Made by a program: the position numbers and the translations under genes
In this document: positions 60,886-64,000 of the stretch, piece after piece
Layout: every line of letters starts with the position of its first letter
How positions within the stretch are numbered: position 1 is the first letter of the stretch
The notes under the pieces: model-generated
Seen by the model: the letters and a program-made list of their open reading frames with translations, nothing else
Database searches by the model: none
What the model was told of the DNA's origin: nothing
NCBI GenBank assembly: GCA_030141605.1
Contig: JAQGDQ010000159.1
Span: forward strand, 186,001 to 250,000
DNA length: 64,000 bases
DNA from: Tubiluchus corallicola
Taxonomy: Eukaryota > Animalia > Priapulida
Direction: 5' to 3'

Positions 60886-63800
60886 TCGACGAGTGTACCG
60901 TACCTGACGCACTAATTGATCCAGTAGATTTTCAGTCTTGTAGGAAAAGGGCAACTAGGTAATCAAATCCCGGGGCTAACTGGCTATATGAATGCCACGC
61001 TGCTACAAAACACGATCCAATCATTTTACTCGCTCTATTTGTTCTAGCGATTATTCTATATGTAGCCTTGCCAATCTTCCTTGCGCTAAATCGTTCAAAC
61101 AATTTATCTAAGTAATGATTCTAGCTGTGAGGTTTCTTTGCGCGATTAACGTGCGATCGACACTATTATCGGAATATTGCACATTCTTAGAGTGGGGAGA
61201 AATGTTTGTTTCACTCGGCTTTTTATGTTTAAATTTTATTTAATGCATTATTCATTATGATTCTTTTTCACGTTTTGCATGCAACTCACCTCTAGAAACT
61301 TCAAAGCTGGTAGACTGAAATTTGGCACTGTAGCTGTATAGCAGGCCCTTATAGATCTTGCAAAACCGATATACAAAAATTGAGTCAGGTGGGCGATAAA
61401 GAAAATTGGGAACCCACTTTGGCCTATTTGCTGCAAAATGATAACAGGAAGCCCCAAGTTTTTCTGCATCAGCAGAATTTTGGCAACGCGTACAACCGTC
61501 TAAATCTCTATCTACTCATCGATAGGGTCACTCATACGTTGAACTTTTTCTTGCCTATCGGAAGAAAATGTTGTTGTATAAAAATTTTGTTGCGGTCTAA
61601 CTTTTGGCACATCAAAGATCATGTAGAATAGAAAGAGCGAAGTGACATACGAGAACAGTACCACATCAAGTTGAGGTTTATCTACTCTACTGTCGACGCT
61701 TTCAATGCAAAAGGGTCATCTGACTGTTCACATATACTAATTACTAGGAAACACAAATGGAAGAATATATTGTGTCCAGTTTTCAATTGACACACGAACT
61801 TAAAAGGCACGACCAATATATTATTGCCTAGATTACTGTAAACTTGAATTTCTCATGTCAACGTTTCTTGGGCATTATAACCGTTTGAGTGTCTGCCAGT
61901 GCCTAAATGAATTCCATCTTTTTCGGACATTAAGCGTTAGTTTATTGATATTATTACTATCTTAATTATGATGATTTGTTTCGTATTTGTCATTTTGGAT
62001 AATTAATTATGGCATTGTTTTGAATGACGTATTATTACCCTGCAAATTAAATAATTACAAAGCCTTAAGCCAAATTACAGAATCACAAACGAATTAATTT
62101 CGCACGTCACTATGTAACTCATCGCATTCACAATGCAGTGTAAGGCAAATAAACGGTTTTGTTATTAAAAATTTCACTAAAGGAAGACCTAAAATTTTTC
62201 TGAATAGTAAGCCAAATATTTTTATTAAATTTTTGGTAATATAGTAGCAAAATTTTTATATATTAAGCAAATGTACTCTTACACGACTAACGTCTCTGTG
62301 ATATTGTTAATAAGTAACTGTGTAATTAAGTTTAGCCGGTAGGTATATTTGCCTCTAATAACAAATCAAACTTTTTAGAGTCATTCTTGGTCACGTCCTA
62401 GTACAGTATTTGCAAATATTATTAATTAAACTGAAAACCACTACATTTTAACACTAGGTAACTTTTGTGTAAAATTAATGTTTGTATTTGTTTTTGTTGT
62501 TATGGTGTTTATAAAGGCTTATCGTGAAATAAACAGTTAGTTACTTATACTTACTAGTCGCAACGATTTTCCTAGTTGTGGGTTTAGTTGGGAGAAATTT
62601 ACATAACTTTAGAAAAGCGGCAAACCCACCTTGTATGTGAACTTGAAAATAAATCCTGTTAAGCATTTAATTACAAAAGGAAAACGAAGTTTATGGCTAG
62701 TTATTTAATTTTGTAAAGGAGGTGCTTTGGGTCGTTTGGCTCCTTTGATACGATTATAGTGTTTCGCAAGGTGTTTAGGCTTCTCGTGTTTTGGCGGGAC
62801 GGGAAGATTATTTTGTGGATTAAATTTGTCATTCAAAGTACCGCCTGTGCAAAAATGAGCAAAAATACAACTGACCCATACTTCACATACAGCACAATAG
62901 AGTCGACTGACCGAGACCCACTCAACGAAAATAATTGAGTCAGTAGACTAGTCTAAACCAGTGTCCTAACTGGCCCAGTTATACTCAATTAAGTTATTGA
63001 TATAAACTTCAATTTGTACTGCCTGCATTTGTTATGAAGATCAGTGTGTGCATTATAACTGTTCTGCCCTTAAGCGCAATGTGCACCGCAGTGACGCATA
63101 TAATCTATCACTTCCTGCGGTTTAACCTACAAAACATTTCCGTCCCTAAAACAAGCAAGGTTTTGTGCAAATTTCTGCTTCGGTTCTAATTAAGTGTAAC
63201 AGCCCTTTATTTAAGACGGTGAAATTCTTAGTAAAAAGTATTTCTGTATTGAGATTTTTGCAAAATAATAGTACAAACTTTCTACATTAGACCTGTAGAC
63301 CATGGAAAAAATAAAGTAATAGTATAAAATGATGTTGACTGCAGGTGTAGTTGATAATATGAAATGAAAAAAGATTGAAGCGCCTATGTAGCTAGTACCT
63401 TAACAAAATTTGATGCAGCACCACTATCATATTTTTATTAGCCCTGTAGAACTACTGGGAAATTAATTAAAGGACCAAGGTTTGTTGAAGAAAACCAGTA
63501 ATTATTATGATCTAGAGTTCAGAAGTGAGTAAACGGGAAATTGTTGCTGTCGTATAGTCAGTGATACCAAAATTAGGTTGATTCATATATATATGTATAT
63601 TATGCCTACATAATATATGTACCTGTACTCAGCTTTAGAAAACTGTAGAACTACTGGGAAATTATATATATAATAATTAATATATAATATTATACCTACA
63701 TCAGCATGTACTCAGCTTTAGAAAACTAATGTGCATGCTCTGAAAGCTTTTCGCTGTTATAGTACTAAAAAGAAGTTTATATGTTTGCCGTTTGTGGGAC

Positions 63801-64000
63801 ATTATTTCTTCTTAAATTCCGAACAAGTACTTAAATTCCGGGCTAAGTTGCACGGAATTGTTATCACTACATTTTCAGAAAAAATCGATTCCTTTTGTTA
63901 TAACTCGCGCAGCGAGAAAGTTCATTTCGCACAGAAACCACGCAGTTTTTCCGCTAGTCCAGTTAGCTCCAGTCATTGTTTTTATTGGTGGCAATTTATA

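Noticed and set aside
56242-64000. Candidate signal-peptide/first exon of the ZP gene (donor-like sites near 57185, 59103, 60903)
   Set aside because: None gave a convincing hydrophobic, stop-free phase-0 exon; the 5' end is left unresolved.

Overview
AT-rich, intron-containing animal (invertebrate) genomic DNA, so the ORF track is mostly spurious or exon fragments; genes were rebuilt by hand from splice signals and checked for reading-frame continuity. Gene order: 3' end of BCKDK (+); a complete ZDHHC5/8-type palmitoyltransferase (-) with a U12-type intron; head-to-head with it, a 12-exon, probably myristoylated TLDc-domain gene of the RTC5/MEAK7 type (+) with two GC-AG introns; and a large ZP-domain (cuticlin/dusky-like) membrane protein gene (-) whose first exon was not found. 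The most notable structure lies in the ~19.9 kb intron 8 of the TLDc gene: a tandem array of three intact antisense genes, each with its own TATA box, encoding ~186-189 aa secreted proteins with a Spaetzle-like cystine knot. Introns also hold non-autonomous DNA transposons (pogo-like, Kolobok-like, MITE), a CR1 LINE remnant, microsatellites and a ~260 bp-arm near-perfect inverted repeat. Family assignments come from motif recognition, not database searches.
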